From NCBI GenBank assembly GCA_041651455.1, contig JBAZJG010000007.1, forward strand, positions 2,478 through 66,477: a stretch of 64,000 nt of DNA, written 5' to 3'. The stretch's first letter is position 1. Each line of letters opens with the position of its first letter. Shown here piece after piece: positions 43,427-53,660 of the stretch. The position numbers and the translations under genes were made by a program. The stretch is from Candidatus Omnitrophota bacterium. GTDB taxonomy: Bacteria; Omnitrophota; Gorgyraeia; Pluralincolimonadales; Pluralincolimonadaceae. The notes beneath the pieces were generated by a model. It worked only from the letters and a program-made list of their open reading frames with translations, made no database searches and was not told the DNA's origin.

Positions 43427-46400
43427 TAAAATAGCGCCTCTATTATCGCCTTCGCGACATTATCCGCGAGAAGTTCGGAACCCTTTTCTGTAAGATTGCC
43501 GAAGTCACCGGCAGACATATCGGAAAAATACACGGTGTGCTTGCTTTTCTTCAAGGCCCTCTTGAATACCTGGTCGTTGTCTATGAATATGACTCCCTCT
43601 TCTTCGGGCCGTAGCATCTTCTCAAGGGAATTCACATCCCTTAAAGGATACTGGGAGCAGGCTAGGATGACCTTGTTCCTGGCGAGCAATTCCTTTATGC
43701 GGTAAAAGCAGTTCCTTGTGACTGGGTTGTAATACTCCATCCTGATCTTCTCGGCCTTGCGGAAATACTGGTCAGCTATACCGGAATAACCGGATTCGTA
43801 ATAAAATACGCCCATCCAACCGTATGCCATGTCGTTATTCGTCGAGGCCTTTACCGCTTTCCGGAATATCTCGTCCGCGAGCGCATAATTACCGCTCTCC
43901 CTGTAGCTTGATGCGAGGGCTTTATATGCCTCTTTGTTGGACGGGTTGATGTTTATCGCCTTGTTGAACATCTCCTCTGCCCTGGGCAGGTCTCCCTTGC
44001 CTTTGTATACGTAACCGAGGCCTATCAGCGCGCTTTCGTTATATGAATTTATCCCGAGGGCTTTCGAATACATCTCTTCGGCCTTTGCGAGGTCGCCTTT
44101 GTCCTTATAGACTACACCTAGGCCTATCAGCGCGCTTTCGTTATATGAATTTATCCCGAGGGCTTTCGAATACATCTCTTCGGCCTTCGCGAGGTCGCCT
44201 TTGTCCTTATATATAAGCGCGAGGCCCGCGACGGCGTTTTCGTTGAACGGATTGACCTCGAGGGCTTTCGAATACATCTCTTCGGCCTTTGCGAGGTCGC
44301 CCTTCTCCTTATAGAACTGGCCTAGGCCTATATAGGCGTTATCGCTGCTCCTGGCCTTGATCATAAGCCTCTCGTATATCGTCTCGGCTTTCTTGAAATC
44401 TCCCCTGTTCCTGTAAACCGAACCAAGCCCTATTATGGCTTCCTCGTTGTAGGGATTGACCTCGAGGGCTTTCGAATACATCTCTTCGGCCTTTGCTATC
44501 TCGCCCTTTTCGATGTAGAAACGCCCGAGGCCAAGGTAGGACTCAATGTCTATCGGGTTCACCCTGTATGATGTCTGCAGCACCTTCTCCGCCTCGACCG
44601 AATTACCGCCGGTCTCGTATATCTGGGCGAGGCCGGAGTATGCCCTGCTGTTGGCGGGATATACGTCTATAGCGTTCTTGAAGGCCTTCTCTGCCATGGC
44701 CGGGTCGGCCTTGTCGATATAGATAAACCCGAGGCCGACATACGCGTCGCTGTTCGACGCATTGAGGTCGATCGCCTTCTTGAACATCTCCTGGGCCTTA
44801 TCGAACTCCCTCCTGGTCCTGTGGAGCCAGCCGAGGCCCGCGTAGGCGTTGCTGTTAGACGGGTTTATCTTCAGCGCTTCCTCAAAATTCGTATTCGCGC
44901 TTACGTAGAACTTCTCTTCGCTGAGGCACAGCCCGAGGCCGACATACGCGTCGTCGCTTTTCGGGTTCATCTCTATCGCCTTTGTGAAAGATTCCTTCGC
45001 TTCGAGGACCTTTCCCCTGTCGAGAAAGCAGCGCCCGAGTTCGTTATAAGCGTTGTCGTCCTGAGGGTTCAGCTCTATCGTCTTCCTGAACATGCTCTCC
45101 GCCTCGCTCATCCTTCCCTCGGCCCTGTAACACCTTCCGAGCTCGAGGAAAAGCAGGTGGTCCTTGCTGTTCAGGTTGATAGCTTTCTTGAACATCTCCT
45201 CCGCCTCCGCTACCCTTTTCCTCTCCCTGTAAAAAAGCCCGAGGATGAAGTAGAGACGGTAATTCTTGCGGTCGAGCTCGATGAGCTTCTTGAACATCGA
45301 TTCTGTGTGGAACAGGTTGACGCGGTCGACGTATACCCATCCAAGGCCGAGATAGGCGCCGTCGTCCCTCGGATTTATCTCGAGAGCTTTCTTGAACATC
45401 CTGCCGGCCTGCGTTATGTTCCTCTGTTCCTTGTAATACCATCCCAGCGCGACATAAGCACCGCTATTGCGCGGGTTCATGTCTATGGCTTTTTTAAACG
45501 CTTCCTCGGATTTGTCGAGATTGCCCTTCTCCTTATATACGTAACCAAGTCCGACGTACGCGCCGTCGTTGCGCGGATTTATCGAAAGTGCCTTGCTGTA
45601 GAACCCTTCGGCCTTTTCGATATTCTCCTTACTGTGCAGCGATCCCTGCGTAAGCAGCTCCTCGAGAAGTTCATAGTCCTTCGGACTGAATTCCGCGCCC
45701 TTATTGAACATCTCTTCGGCCTGAAGAAGGTTGCCAAGATCCTGGTAAAGCCATCCGAGCGCCATATAGGCACCGTCGTTTTCGGGATTTATCTCGAGGG
45801 CTTTCATGAACATCGCCTTGGAGCGCACGAGATTCTCGGTCTCTTTCCTAAGGGAACCGATCTCCTTATACAAGTCAGTATCGTCGGGATGCATCTCTAT
45901 GGCTTTCTTGAACATTTCCTGGGCCTGGACATAATTGCCGCTTTCCTTATACAGCCAGCCGAGGCCGACGTAAGCTGCGTCGTTTTCGGGATTTATCTCG
46001 AGGGCTTTAGTGAAATATTTATCCGATTCGGAGAGGTTCAGCAGTTCCTTATGGCACCAGCCGAGGCCTACATAGACATCGCTGTCGTTTGGGTTAATCT
46101 CCGCAGCTTTGTTGAACTCTTCAAGGGCTTTTTCGAATTCCCCCCGGTCATGATAGACCCATCCCAATTCAAGATAGGTGCCTATGGTTCCCTTGTCCTT
46201 ATCCTCTTCAGCGTAACATATACCTAGCCCGGACGGCCTAATGCCGGAGAAGAGCCTGTTCCCTGCCTTATATATCTGGAATGCCCTGAAGAATGAGCCC
46301 GCCCGGTTGCCCAAAGACGACGGGTAAGGGATGCGCTTGCCCTCGTCATCAACGCCCATAGTAACGATGACCATGTCGGGCTTGTAGCTCTCCAATTCGC

Positions 46401-46743
46401 TGTAAAGGTTTTCCAGGACACGCAGGGAATTCGCTCCCTCCGTGACAAGGTTCATTACCTCGAAGTTCACGGCGGGTTTGAGTTTCCTGAGCGCGGAGGC
46501 AAGCTGTCCGGCATAGAGCCTGTTGGACTCGGCGGAAGGGTAATCGCCGATGCAGATTATCTTGAAGGACCCCTTCTTCACCGTTTTTTCGACAAAATCG
46601 CGGCGGCGAAGGTTCCCGGAGATCAGGTTGGACAGGCTCAGTACCGCTTCAAGGAGGAATATGACAATAATTATGCCCGCAATGATACGGAATACCAGCC
46701 CTGCGACTGCCTTTTGGTTTTTTTGCGTCAACTCTTCTGTCAT
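43426..46743 (-). CDS. Giant membrane-anchored TPR-repeat protein with a degenerate split SGNH-hydrolase-like fold at its termini
   Basis: The 1105-aa product has an N-terminal TM helix and at least 20 TPR units. The N-terminal blocks IICIGDY, EGANS and MGVDD and the C-terminal DFGNLTEKGSELLA resemble SGNH blocks I, II, III and V, with the catalytic Ser and His replaced. Confidence 0.7.
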   Translation of the reverse strand: MTEELTQKNQKAVAGLVFRIIAGIIIVIFLLEAVLSLSNLISGNLRRRDFVEKTVKKGSFKIICIGDYPSAESNRLYAGQLASALRKLKPAVNFEVMNLVTEGANSLRVLENLYSELESYKPDMVIVTMGVDDEGKRIPYPSSLGNRAGSFFRAFQIYKAGNRLFSGIRPSGLGICYAEEDKDKGTIGTYLELGWVYHDRGEFEKALEEFNKAAEINPNDSDVYVGLGWCHKELLNLSESDKYFTKALEINPENDAAYVGLGWLYKESGNYVQAQEMFKKAIEMHPDDTDLYKEIGSLRKETENLVRSKAMFMKALEINPENDGAYMALGWLYQDLGNLLQAEEMFNKGAEFSPKDYELLEELLTQGSLHSKENIEKAEGFYSKALSINPRNDGAYVGLGYVYKEKGNLDKSEEAFKKAIDMNPRNSGAYVALGWYYKEQRNITQAGRMFKKALEINPRDDGAYLGLGWVYVDRVNLFHTESMFKKLIELDRKNYRLYFILGLFYRERKRVAEAEEMFKKAINLNSKDHLLFLELGRCYRAEGRMSEAESMFRKTIELNPQDDNAYNELGRCFLDRGKVLEAKESFTKAIEMNPKSDDAYVGLGLCLSEEKFYVSANTNFEEALKINPSNSNAYAGLGWLHRTRREFDKAQEMFKKAIDLNASNSDAYVGLGFIYIDKADPAMAEKAFKNAIDVYPANSRAYSGLAQIYETGGNSVEAEKVLQTSYRVNPIDIESYLGLGRFYIEKGEIAKAEEMYSKALEVNPYNEEAIIGLGSVYRNRGDFKKAETIYERLMIKARSSDNAYIGLGQFYKEKGDLAKAEEMYSKALEVNPFNENAVAGLALIYKDKGDLAKAEEMYSKALGINSYNESALIGLGVVYKDKGDLAKAEEMYSKALGINSYNESALIGLGYVYKGKGDLPRAEEMFNKAININPSNKEAYKALASSYRESGNYALADEIFRKAVKASTNNDMAYGWMGVFYYESGYSGIADQYFRKAEKIRMEYYNPVTRNCFYRIKELLARNKVILACSQYPLRDVNSLEKMLRPEEEGVIFIDNDQVFKRALKKSKHTVYFSDMSAGDFGNLTEKGSELLADNVAKAIIEALF
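44020..44520 (-). repeat. About five tandem 102-bp repeats (34-aa TPR units, near-identical) inside the giant TPR gene
   Basis: The string atatgaatttatcccgagggctttcgaatacatctcttcggcct recurs at 44041, 44143, about 44245 and 44461 with a 102-bp period. The encoded unit is GDLAKAEEMYSKAL(E/G)(V/I)N(P/S)YNE. Confidence 0.8.
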
Positions 46744-46797
46744 TGACCTTATTATACCAATAACTATAAGTATGTCAACTGGTTAGAAAATATTATC

Positions 46798-48246
46798 TTG
46801 CCAAATCGCCTGCGGCGCGGTTATAATGGGCGCATGGGACTCTATAACATGATCTATGGAGTCAAGGGGAGAATTTTTGTACTGTTTGTTTCACTATTCA
46901 TCCTGAACCTCTCGGCCACAGCCGTTGCCGCGGACAGTTCCTCGGCCGGGGCCGGGACCTCGTCCGCCGCGTTTGTTTCTGTAAAAAACGGCCACCTGTA
47001 TTCCGGCGATAGCCGGCTCTTCGTAAGAGGCATCAACTACTACCCCAAGGGAAAGGTCTGGAACGACTTCTGGAGCGGTTTTGACGCCGCGGAGGTGCGC
47101 CGGGACCTCGGGACGATCCGGTCGATGGGATTCAATTGCATAAGGATCTTCCTGCAGTACGATTCGTTCGGCAGGGAGAACCTCGATAACGGCGCGGCCG
47201 CGAAATTAAGCATGGTATTGTCGGCCGCGGCGGACGAAGGCCTCAAGGTCATCGTGACACTTTTCGACCGCATAGACCCGAGGACATTCTATTCCCCCTG
47301 GAATTACCCCAAGATAGACAAGCACCTCGAGTCGCTCGTTCCGCTCTTCTCAAGCGACCCCGCCATCCTCTGCTGGGATGTAAAGAACGAGCCGGACCTC
47401 GATTACAGGTTCAACCTGAACAGCGGCGTCGTCAACGATTGCATAAGCCGCATAGTCGTGAAGGTGCGTTCCCTCGACGCAAACCACCTTATAACGGTCG
47501 GATACCTGAATCCGCCGCCCGGGCAGGCGGCCGCCCAGTGCGATATCCTCTCCTTCCATTTCTATGCGGCGGCCGAAAAACTTCCCGCCGCGATCGATTC
47601 CGCGAAGTTCATCGCGAAAGGCAGGCCGGTATTGCTCGAGGAATTTGGCTTCACGACATCCGGGATCCGTTCCTTTAAGGCTCCCGCGAATGAGGTGCAG
47701 GACAAGTATTTCTCTTCTGTGCTATCCTCTGTATTCGGCGGCGACATCGACGGCTTCTTTGTTTGGACGCTATACGACCACCCCCGCGATACGGAGATCG
47801 AGGAACGCGAAAGGAGCTTCGGTATGATAGGGCTGAACGGTTCCTTAAAACCCGCCTCGAAGCTCATCCCCAAAAAAATGATAATAACCCCGGACCCGGT
47901 AAAGATCGCCATATACAACGACCTGGAGGCCGGGATGTCGCTCGAGGTCCTGGACATCTCCGGCAACGCGGTAAGGACGCTTGCCGGCGCGAAGAAGTTC
48001 TCTCCGGGCGGTCATGTCTTTTACTGGGATTGCAAGGATAACGACGGCAGGACGGTCCCGCGCGGGGAATACCTGGTGATGATGCGTTCGGGAGACACGA
48101 GCGTCTCCGAGAGGATATCGGTATCATCTAAGGACATGCGCGCCGCAGTGTTCACAATATCGGCGCTCATATTGCTCGCCTTATCCGCTTACCTCCTTCC
48201 TCTCGTAAAGCGTCTCGCCGGACACGGCAAGAGGAGGCGTAAATGA
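46798..48246 (+). CDS. Glycoside hydrolase family 5 protein with a C-terminal Ig-like (FlgD-like) domain and membrane anchor
   Basis: The GH5 signatures are FNCIRIF, the acid/base motif ILCWDVKNEPD and the nucleophile region VLLEEFGF. The C-terminus has a TM helix plus a basic tail (GHGKRRRK). The true start is probably the Met at about 46834 (MGLYNMIYG). Confidence 0.7.
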   Translation: MPNRLRRGYNGRMGLYNMIYGVKGRIFVLFVSLFILNLSATAVAADSSSAGAGTSSAAFVSVKNGHLYSGDSRLFVRGINYYPKGKVWNDFWSGFDAAEVRRDLGTIRSMGFNCIRIFLQYDSFGRENLDNGAAAKLSMVLSAAADEGLKVIVTLFDRIDPRTFYSPWNYPKIDKHLESLVPLFSSDPAILCWDVKNEPDLDYRFNLNSGVVNDCISRIVVKVRSLDANHLITVGYLNPPPGQAAAQCDILSFHFYAAAEKLPAAIDSAKFIAKGRPVLLEEFGFTTSGIRSFKAPANEVQDKYFSSVLSSVFGGDIDGFFVWTLYDHPRDTEIEERERSFGMIGLNGSLKPASKLIPKKMIITPDPVKIAIYNDLEAGMSLEVLDISGNAVRTLAGAKKFSPGGHVFYWDCKDNDGRTVPRGEYLVMMRSGDTSVSERISVSSKDMRAAVFTISALILLALSAYLLPLVKRLAGHGKRRRK

Positions 48247-48956
48247 TATCGGTGGTCATACCGGCACTCAACGAAGCCCGCTATATCAACAAGACCCTTA
48301 AGGATTGCTTTGAATACTTCAGCCGCAAGGAAGCGCCGTTCGAGCTGATCGTCGTTGATGACGGCAGCAGGGACGGGACGAGCGGCAAGGTCGAGGAGTT
48401 CGCCGCTTCCCACCACGGCGGCCGCCATGTAAAGCTTATCAGGAACAGGGCCAACAGGGGCAAGGGTTACAGCCTCAGGAGGGGTGTCCTGCAGTCGCGC
48501 GGAAATATCGTGCTGATAACGGATACGGACCTTTCGACGCCGCTTCGCGAGTTCGAGAAGATGTCCGCGTTCATCCCGGAGTACGATATCGTCATCGCTT
48601 CGAGGGGTCTGAAGGAATCTAAGAAACTTATCCGCCAGACATGGCTCAGGGGCGCGATGGGAAGGATGTTCAACCTGCTGGTCAGGACCTTCCTTTTTGA
48701 CGGGTATTACGACACACAGTGCGGCTTTAAGATATTCAAGGGGGACGCGGCGCGCTACCTCTTCAGGAGACAGAAGATCAGGAGGTTCGCTTTCGATATC
48801 GAAGTGCTCGGCATCGCGATAAAGAAGGGCTACAAGATCAAGGAAGTGCCGGTACACTGGGTGAACAGGCGCGAGACTAGGGTCAGGATAGTGCGGGATT
48901 CTATCGACATGTTCTTTAGTATATTCAGGCTTAGGAGAATCCTCAAAAAATGCTGA
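48243..48956 (+). CDS. GT2-family glycosyltransferase (polyprenyl-phosphate sugar synthase, GtrB/DPM1-like)
   Basis: The product contains ISVVIPALNE, LIVVDDGSRDGT and the DxD region ITDTDLS. It is 237 aa. Confidence 0.8.
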   Translation: MISVVIPALNEARYINKTLKDCFEYFSRKEAPFELIVVDDGSRDGTSGKVEEFAASHHGGRHVKLIRNRANRGKGYSLRRGVLQSRGNIVLITDTDLSTPLREFEKMSAFIPEYDIVIASRGLKESKKLIRQTWLRGAMGRMFNLLVRTFLFDGYYDTQCGFKIFKGDAARYLFRRQKIRRFAFDIEVLGIAIKKGYKIKEVPVHWVNRRETRVRIVRDSIDMFFSIFRLRRILKKC

Positions 48957-50605
48957 CGAGGTCAGAAAAGAAGGTGGCATTGCTCGGCGCGTTGAATTGC
49001 GCCGTGAACATGCCGTATATTTTGGGGGGTCTCTGGCTTTGGAGCTACGATATATTCACGCACATGTTCTTCGCGAAGCATTACCGCGAGGACTGGTTCA
49101 ACCTTTATAATTATAAATGGTACGGCGGTTTTTACCAGAACATCTACCCGCCCCTGACCCACCAGATAATGGCGGCTCTGATGTTCCTCTTCTCCCCCGC
49201 CGTTTCCACCGCTATAGTCCTCGTCGCTTTCATGTTCTGCTTCCCGGTCGCGATGTATAATTTCTGCAGGATATGGGCCAATAAGACGGACGCATTCTTC
49301 GGGACGCTTGCTTCCGTATTCTTCACGGTCTTCTACCTTCTCATCTATAAATACGGGCAGATCACGACGCTTACCGCCTCGGTATTCCTTCTCTTCGCGA
49401 GCGTTTATTTTTTCATGTACCTGAAGACCGGCAGGACCCGGCACGCCGTGCTCTTCGCGCTCTGTTTCGTGATCATCGGGTGCATGCATTCCTTCTCGTT
49501 CTTCTATGGGCTGCCCTCTTTCATGACGCTCGTCTTCGCATATTCGCTCGTCTCCGCCCCGCGCAGGTCACTATACGGGCAGGTCGTGAAACGCGCTTTT
49601 TTCGCGGCGGTCCCTGCGGCTCTGCTTTTCATAGTTGTGATGTACCCTTTCCTGAAAGAGCTTATCAACGCCCCTCAGACGACGGTCGTACCGCACCTGA
49701 GCCGCGAGAGCATCTTTTCGAACAACTTCGCATTCAAGGTAAACCTGCTGCTCCCTTACGGCGTGAACTGCATATTCATACCCGCGGCATTCCTTTTCAA
49801 GAAGTTCTCGCGCCGCACTCTGGCCAACGTCTGGTGGTTCGTGCTCTTCATACTCGGGCTCGGCGGGACTACCCCGCTTCCGGGGATCATCCTCGGCGCC
49901 AAGATGTTCGATACGCTGACCTTCGACAGGTTCATGTTCTGGTCATTGCTCGTTTTCACTCCAATGCTCGGCGGGTACCTCGCCGTCATCTACAAACGCA
50001 GCCGTAAATTACTCGCGGCCGTGCTGGTGCTCTATGTCGGCTCGTATATAGGCCTGCTTCAGATAGACAAGAAGATAACGTTCCTGCCGAGCAGGGTCGA
50101 CCTTAGGGAGATCATCGCGTTCCTCGACACCCCGCCGAACGAGAACTATTATTACATAACGCTCGGGCTCGGGGACCAGATGAGCGAGCTGAGCATGGAT
50201 ACGAAGGCACCTACCCTCGACGGTAATTTCAACAAAGTCCGGGGCCCGGACATAACGAGGGACAGGCCCATAGAAAAACTGGACAATATCAAGTATTACG
50301 GAGAGGACGCTATATCCGCCCTGAAGAATATCATCAACTCTCCGGACAAGTATTCGCTGAAATACATATTGTCGAACGATATCGATTATAACCCGATGCT
50401 GTTCAATAGCGGCTGGAAGCTTATTAAGAGGTTTGAATGCGGCGTATACCTGTGGAATGCCCCGGTACAGGTGCCGCCGGCAAAGATACAGTACAAGAAC
50501 CCGAAACGGGGCTTCGATGACATATGGTGGGGCACGAGTTCGTTGGCAGTCTTCATCTTTTTCATAATATACGGGCCATTGGGCGGTGCGTATGGGAAAT
50601 TCTAG
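48950..50605 (+). CDS. Polytopic membrane protein, putative GT-C-type glycosyltransferase
   Basis: The 551-aa product has at least 11 TM helices in the N-terminal two-thirds and a C-terminal soluble domain. It directly follows and overlaps the GT2 gene, as in GtrB/GtrC and ArnC/ArnT pairs. Confidence 0.45.
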   Translation: MLTRSEKKVALLGALNCAVNMPYILGGLWLWSYDIFTHMFFAKHYREDWFNLYNYKWYGGFYQNIYPPLTHQIMAALMFLFSPAVSTAIVLVAFMFCFPVAMYNFCRIWANKTDAFFGTLASVFFTVFYLLIYKYGQITTLTASVFLLFASVYFFMYLKTGRTRHAVLFALCFVIIGCMHSFSFFYGLPSFMTLVFAYSLVSAPRRSLYGQVVKRAFFAAVPAALLFIVVMYPFLKELINAPQTTVVPHLSRESIFSNNFAFKVNLLLPYGVNCIFIPAAFLFKKFSRRTLANVWWFVLFILGLGGTTPLPGIILGAKMFDTLTFDRFMFWSLLVFTPMLGGYLAVIYKRSRKLLAAVLVLYVGSYIGLLQIDKKITFLPSRVDLREIIAFLDTPPNENYYYITLGLGDQMSELSMDTKAPTLDGNFNKVRGPDITRDRPIEKLDNIKYYGEDAISALKNIINSPDKYSLKYILSNDIDYNPMLFNSGWKLIKRFECGVYLWNAPVQVPPAKIQYKNPKRGFDDIWWGTSSLAVFIFFIIYGPLGGAYGKF

Positions 50606-52520
50606 GACAACTTTAGTATGCCTGGCGGTCGCGGCCTTATTATCGGCCTTCCGGCCTTGCTTCTGCGCAGAGGGCGCCGACGGCAGGGATGTTGAGGGCG
50701 ATTACATGCGCTATATAGCGCTCAAGACGACCGACGGCCTATTGGCCAAGGGCGAGATGCGCGAGGCATTCGCTTATATAGATTCCGTCCTGCCGAAGGT
50801 CCCGGAGAACGACAAACTTCTTTTTCTTCTGATCAAGATAGAGACCGCGCTGATAGATTCGGGCAGGGGCACGAGGGAAGGTTTCCGCACCCACATGTCC
50901 GGCCTGCTCGTTGAGAGAAAATATTCCGAGGCGATCGATTTCGCGGGAGCGACCCTTTCCGTCGCGAAGCCGTCATCCCCCGCGAGGATAGACAACTACG
51001 TATGGATAATGACGATGCTTGCGGACGCATACCATAGGATCGGCGACCCGGACTCAGCGATAAGCACGCTTTCGGAAGCCCAATCGCTGAAGGACACCTA
51101 CGAACTGCATGTCGCAAAAGGAAGCATATACGCTTCCGAAAGCAAGTTCAATGAGGCGGAGCAGGAATATGCGATAGCCGTGAAACTAAACTCAAACGAA
51201 CCTGGCATATACGAGGCGAAAGCGTGGAACCTCAGGACGCTCGGAAGGATCAGGGACGCCGAAAACGACCTTCAGGCGGGGCTCTCGCTCGATCCGGATA
51301 ATCCGAGGCTGCTCAAGGCCGCCGCCTACCATTACAGGGACAGGCGGTATTACAAGAAAAGTCTGGAGTACATGGGGCGTTACCTCGAGGCCGCCAATCC
51401 CGCGAAGACCAAATACCTCGAGAACAGAGAATGCAGGGACCTCTATTACAAGACGGATTTCGACGGTTACCGCGTGACCCCTTACCTCTCCGGATCGGTC
51501 ACTAACGAGTTCTACTCCGAGATAAGCAATATCGAGAACATGCTCAGAGGCACGAAATCATCCGGCGTAGACATCGATGTCGCGGATGATCTCCAGGTCC
51601 CGCATGACACGCGCAGGGACAAAGTAGACGCGAAGATAACATACCAGCCGCAGAAATTCTTTCCTCTCGCGCATTTCTATTACGAGATAGACAAGAGCTA
51701 CGCGAGGATAGATCCCCTAGTAGAGAAACAGAGGACATACTATATGCTGGAGCTCGAGAATACGTTCTACACTCCGCTGCTCGGCGACCTCACGGTCTAC
51801 CCTTATTTCAAATATGCGTACTTGCAGGGCAGCGATATCGACATACGCAGCGCGTTCACTTCCGAATTCAACATCGATATGTACTCCCCTGCCGTGCGCG
51901 CGCTCGCGTGCCCAGTATTCGGGAAGTTCTATATCGAATCCGAGTACGTATACGGCTACGGGGATTTCGTCGCTTCGAACAGGGACCTTGATACTCACCA
52001 GGGAAGGCTCAAGTTCACGAATATATTCTCCGATACTTCGTGGCACTCCGCGGAACTCACGGCCAACTATACGTTACAGCACCCGTCCGAGGACTCCGAC
52101 CTGAGGCTGCAGTTCATATCCGAGCTCGACAAGCGGCTCAACGGCAAGTTAAGGTTGGTCATGCTGAACAAGTTCATATACCATAAGGACTACCTTAAAA
52201 TGCAGAACGACCAGAACGTGGTCATATACAGGCCCGAGACGGGGCTCGTATATTCATTCAACGACAACCTGAGCACGAAAGGCACCATAGGGTATTTCAC
52301 GGATTTCGACATAAGGAAATACAATTACCTCACCTCGGACATCAGCGTAAGCTATAAGGGAAAACTGAGCCCCATGGTGCTCAGGGGCAATAATGCGGTC
52401 AGGTATGACACGCCGGTGGAATTCACGGTAGGATACAGGAACGATAATTTCCTCGAGTTCCCGGAGGTTGCGAGGACAAACTTCAATTCCGTCTACTGCC
52501 GCGCTAAATTATTCTGGTAA
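50586..52520 (+). CDS. Secreted TPR-domain protein with a C-terminal predicted beta-barrel (PgaA/BcsC-like polysaccharide export architecture)
   Basis: A signal peptide is followed by TPR repeats (YAIAVKLNSNEPGIYEAKAWNL..., LSLDPDNPRLLKAAAYHY). The C-terminal 300 aa show alternating hydrophobic/aromatic residues and end in KLFW. Confidence 0.5.
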   Translation: MRMGNSRTTLVCLAVAALLSAFRPCFCAEGADGRDVEGDYMRYIALKTTDGLLAKGEMREAFAYIDSVLPKVPENDKLLFLLIKIETALIDSGRGTREGFRTHMSGLLVERKYSEAIDFAGATLSVAKPSSPARIDNYVWIMTMLADAYHRIGDPDSAISTLSEAQSLKDTYELHVAKGSIYASESKFNEAEQEYAIAVKLNSNEPGIYEAKAWNLRTLGRIRDAENDLQAGLSLDPDNPRLLKAAAYHYRDRRYYKKSLEYMGRYLEAANPAKTKYLENRECRDLYYKTDFDGYRVTPYLSGSVTNEFYSEISNIENMLRGTKSSGVDIDVADDLQVPHDTRRDKVDAKITYQPQKFFPLAHFYYEIDKSYARIDPLVEKQRTYYMLELENTFYTPLLGDLTVYPYFKYAYLQGSDIDIRSAFTSEFNIDMYSPAVRALACPVFGKFYIESEYVYGYGDFVASNRDLDTHQGRLKFTNIFSDTSWHSAELTANYTLQHPSEDSDLRLQFISELDKRLNGKLRLVMLNKFIYHKDYLKMQNDQNVVIYRPETGLVYSFNDNLSTKGTIGYFTDFDIRKYNYLTSDISVSYKGKLSPMVLRGNNAVRYDTPVEFTVGYRNDNFLEFPEVARTNFNSVYCRAKLFW

Positions 52521-52523
52521 AAT

Positions 52524-53660
52524 ATGAAAAAGATCGTGCTCGTGGGGGCATATCCCCCTTCAAAAGAAGGGCTTAACGAATACAACCGAGAACTTGCGAA
52601 AGGCATCTGCTCGCTCGGTTACGGTGTCACGGTCCTGGCTAATACGCTCACCCCGATGGAATCGAAATCGCCGCTGGACGAGGACAAGCGGATCAGCGTC
52701 AAAAGGATCTGGACATGTGGCAGCATAACAAGCGGCGCGCGCATAATACACGCATTATATTCCGAGAAGCCGGACCTGGTCATATTCGGCCTTCTCTTCA
52801 CTACGTTCGGATTCAACCCTATAACCTCCTTCATAAACCTTCTGACACCTATTATATGCCGTATACTCGGTTTCAGGACCCATGTCGTATTGCACCATAT
52901 ATATGAAAGGATCGACATGAGCCGCTACGGCAAGGGAACGGACCTGATCAAGCGCGCGGGGCTTTGTGTCGCGACATGGCTCCTGCTGAGGGTCAACAGG
53001 GTATTCGTCTTCATCAAATTCTATAAGGACCTGCTTGAAAAGAAATACCATGTGGACAACATCACGTATATACCGCACGGATGTTTCGCGGAGCTGGAGC
53101 AGATGCCCCCGCTGCCGGCAGGAAAGAAGAACGTCCTGATAATGGGGAAGTTCGGCGCTTACAAAAGGCTCGATTTCGCCTTCGAGCTGCTGATACCCCT
53201 CTGCGAGGAAGACAACAACGTCAAGCTTATAGTCGCGGGCAGGAGCCACCCTTACTTCCCAGGGCACGTCGAACAGGTCATAGACGGAAAGAAACGCTTT
53301 CCGTTCATAGAATTCAAGGGATATGTAAAGGAAGAGAAACTCCAAGAATTGTTCAGCGGGATCAATATCGTGGTCATACCTTACTTCTTCCTCACGGGAG
53401 CTTCCGGCATCGTGCACCAGGCCATCAACTACGGAAGGCCGATAGTCGCGATATCCGCCCCGGAGGTCGATGACATGAAAGAGAACGAGGGTATATATAT
53501 AGAGACGGTGCCGCCCGACAAGTTGACGGCATTCAGGGAAAAATTGAAGGGTTTGCTCGATGATACCGCGAAACAGCAAGAGATAGGAAGGCACAACTTC
53601 CTGACGTCCCAGAAGATCCTTATGTCCAAGGTGGCGAAAGAGGTCGTGGGCGGGCTATAG
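52524..53660 (+). CDS. GT4-family (GT-B fold) glycosyltransferase
   Basis: The product has an N-terminal KKIVLVGAYPP and a C-terminal domain with IVAGRSHP, E..G and VIPYF, as in GT4 enzymes. Confidence 0.75.
   Translation: MKKIVLVGAYPPSKEGLNEYNRELAKGICSLGYGVTVLANTLTPMESKSPLDEDKRISVKRIWTCGSITSGARIIHALYSEKPDLVIFGLLFTTFGFNPITSFINLLTPIICRILGFRTHVVLHHIYERIDMSRYGKGTDLIKRAGLCVATWLLLRVNRVFVFIKFYKDLLEKKYHVDNITYIPHGCFAELEQMPPLPAGKKNVLIMGKFGAYKRLDFAFELLIPLCEEDNNVKLIVAGRSHPYFPGHVEQVIDGKKRFPFIEFKGYVKEEKLQELFSGINIVVIPYFFLTGASGIVHQAINYGRPIVAISAPEVDDMKENEGIYIETVPPDKLTAFREKLKGLLDDTAKQQEIGRHNFLTSQKILMSKVAKEVVGGL

Noticed and set aside
44020-44520. 102-bp tandem repeats, considered as a possible CRISPR or minisatellite
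   Set aside because: The period, at 102 bp, is too long, there are no spacers, and the repeats are in-frame TPR codons. This is a coding repeat, not a CRISPR array.
44821-46227. A 468-aa plus-strand ORF antisense to the giant TPR gene
   Set aside because: Its repetitive sequence simply mirrors the TPR repeats on the other strand. It has no start context or domain.
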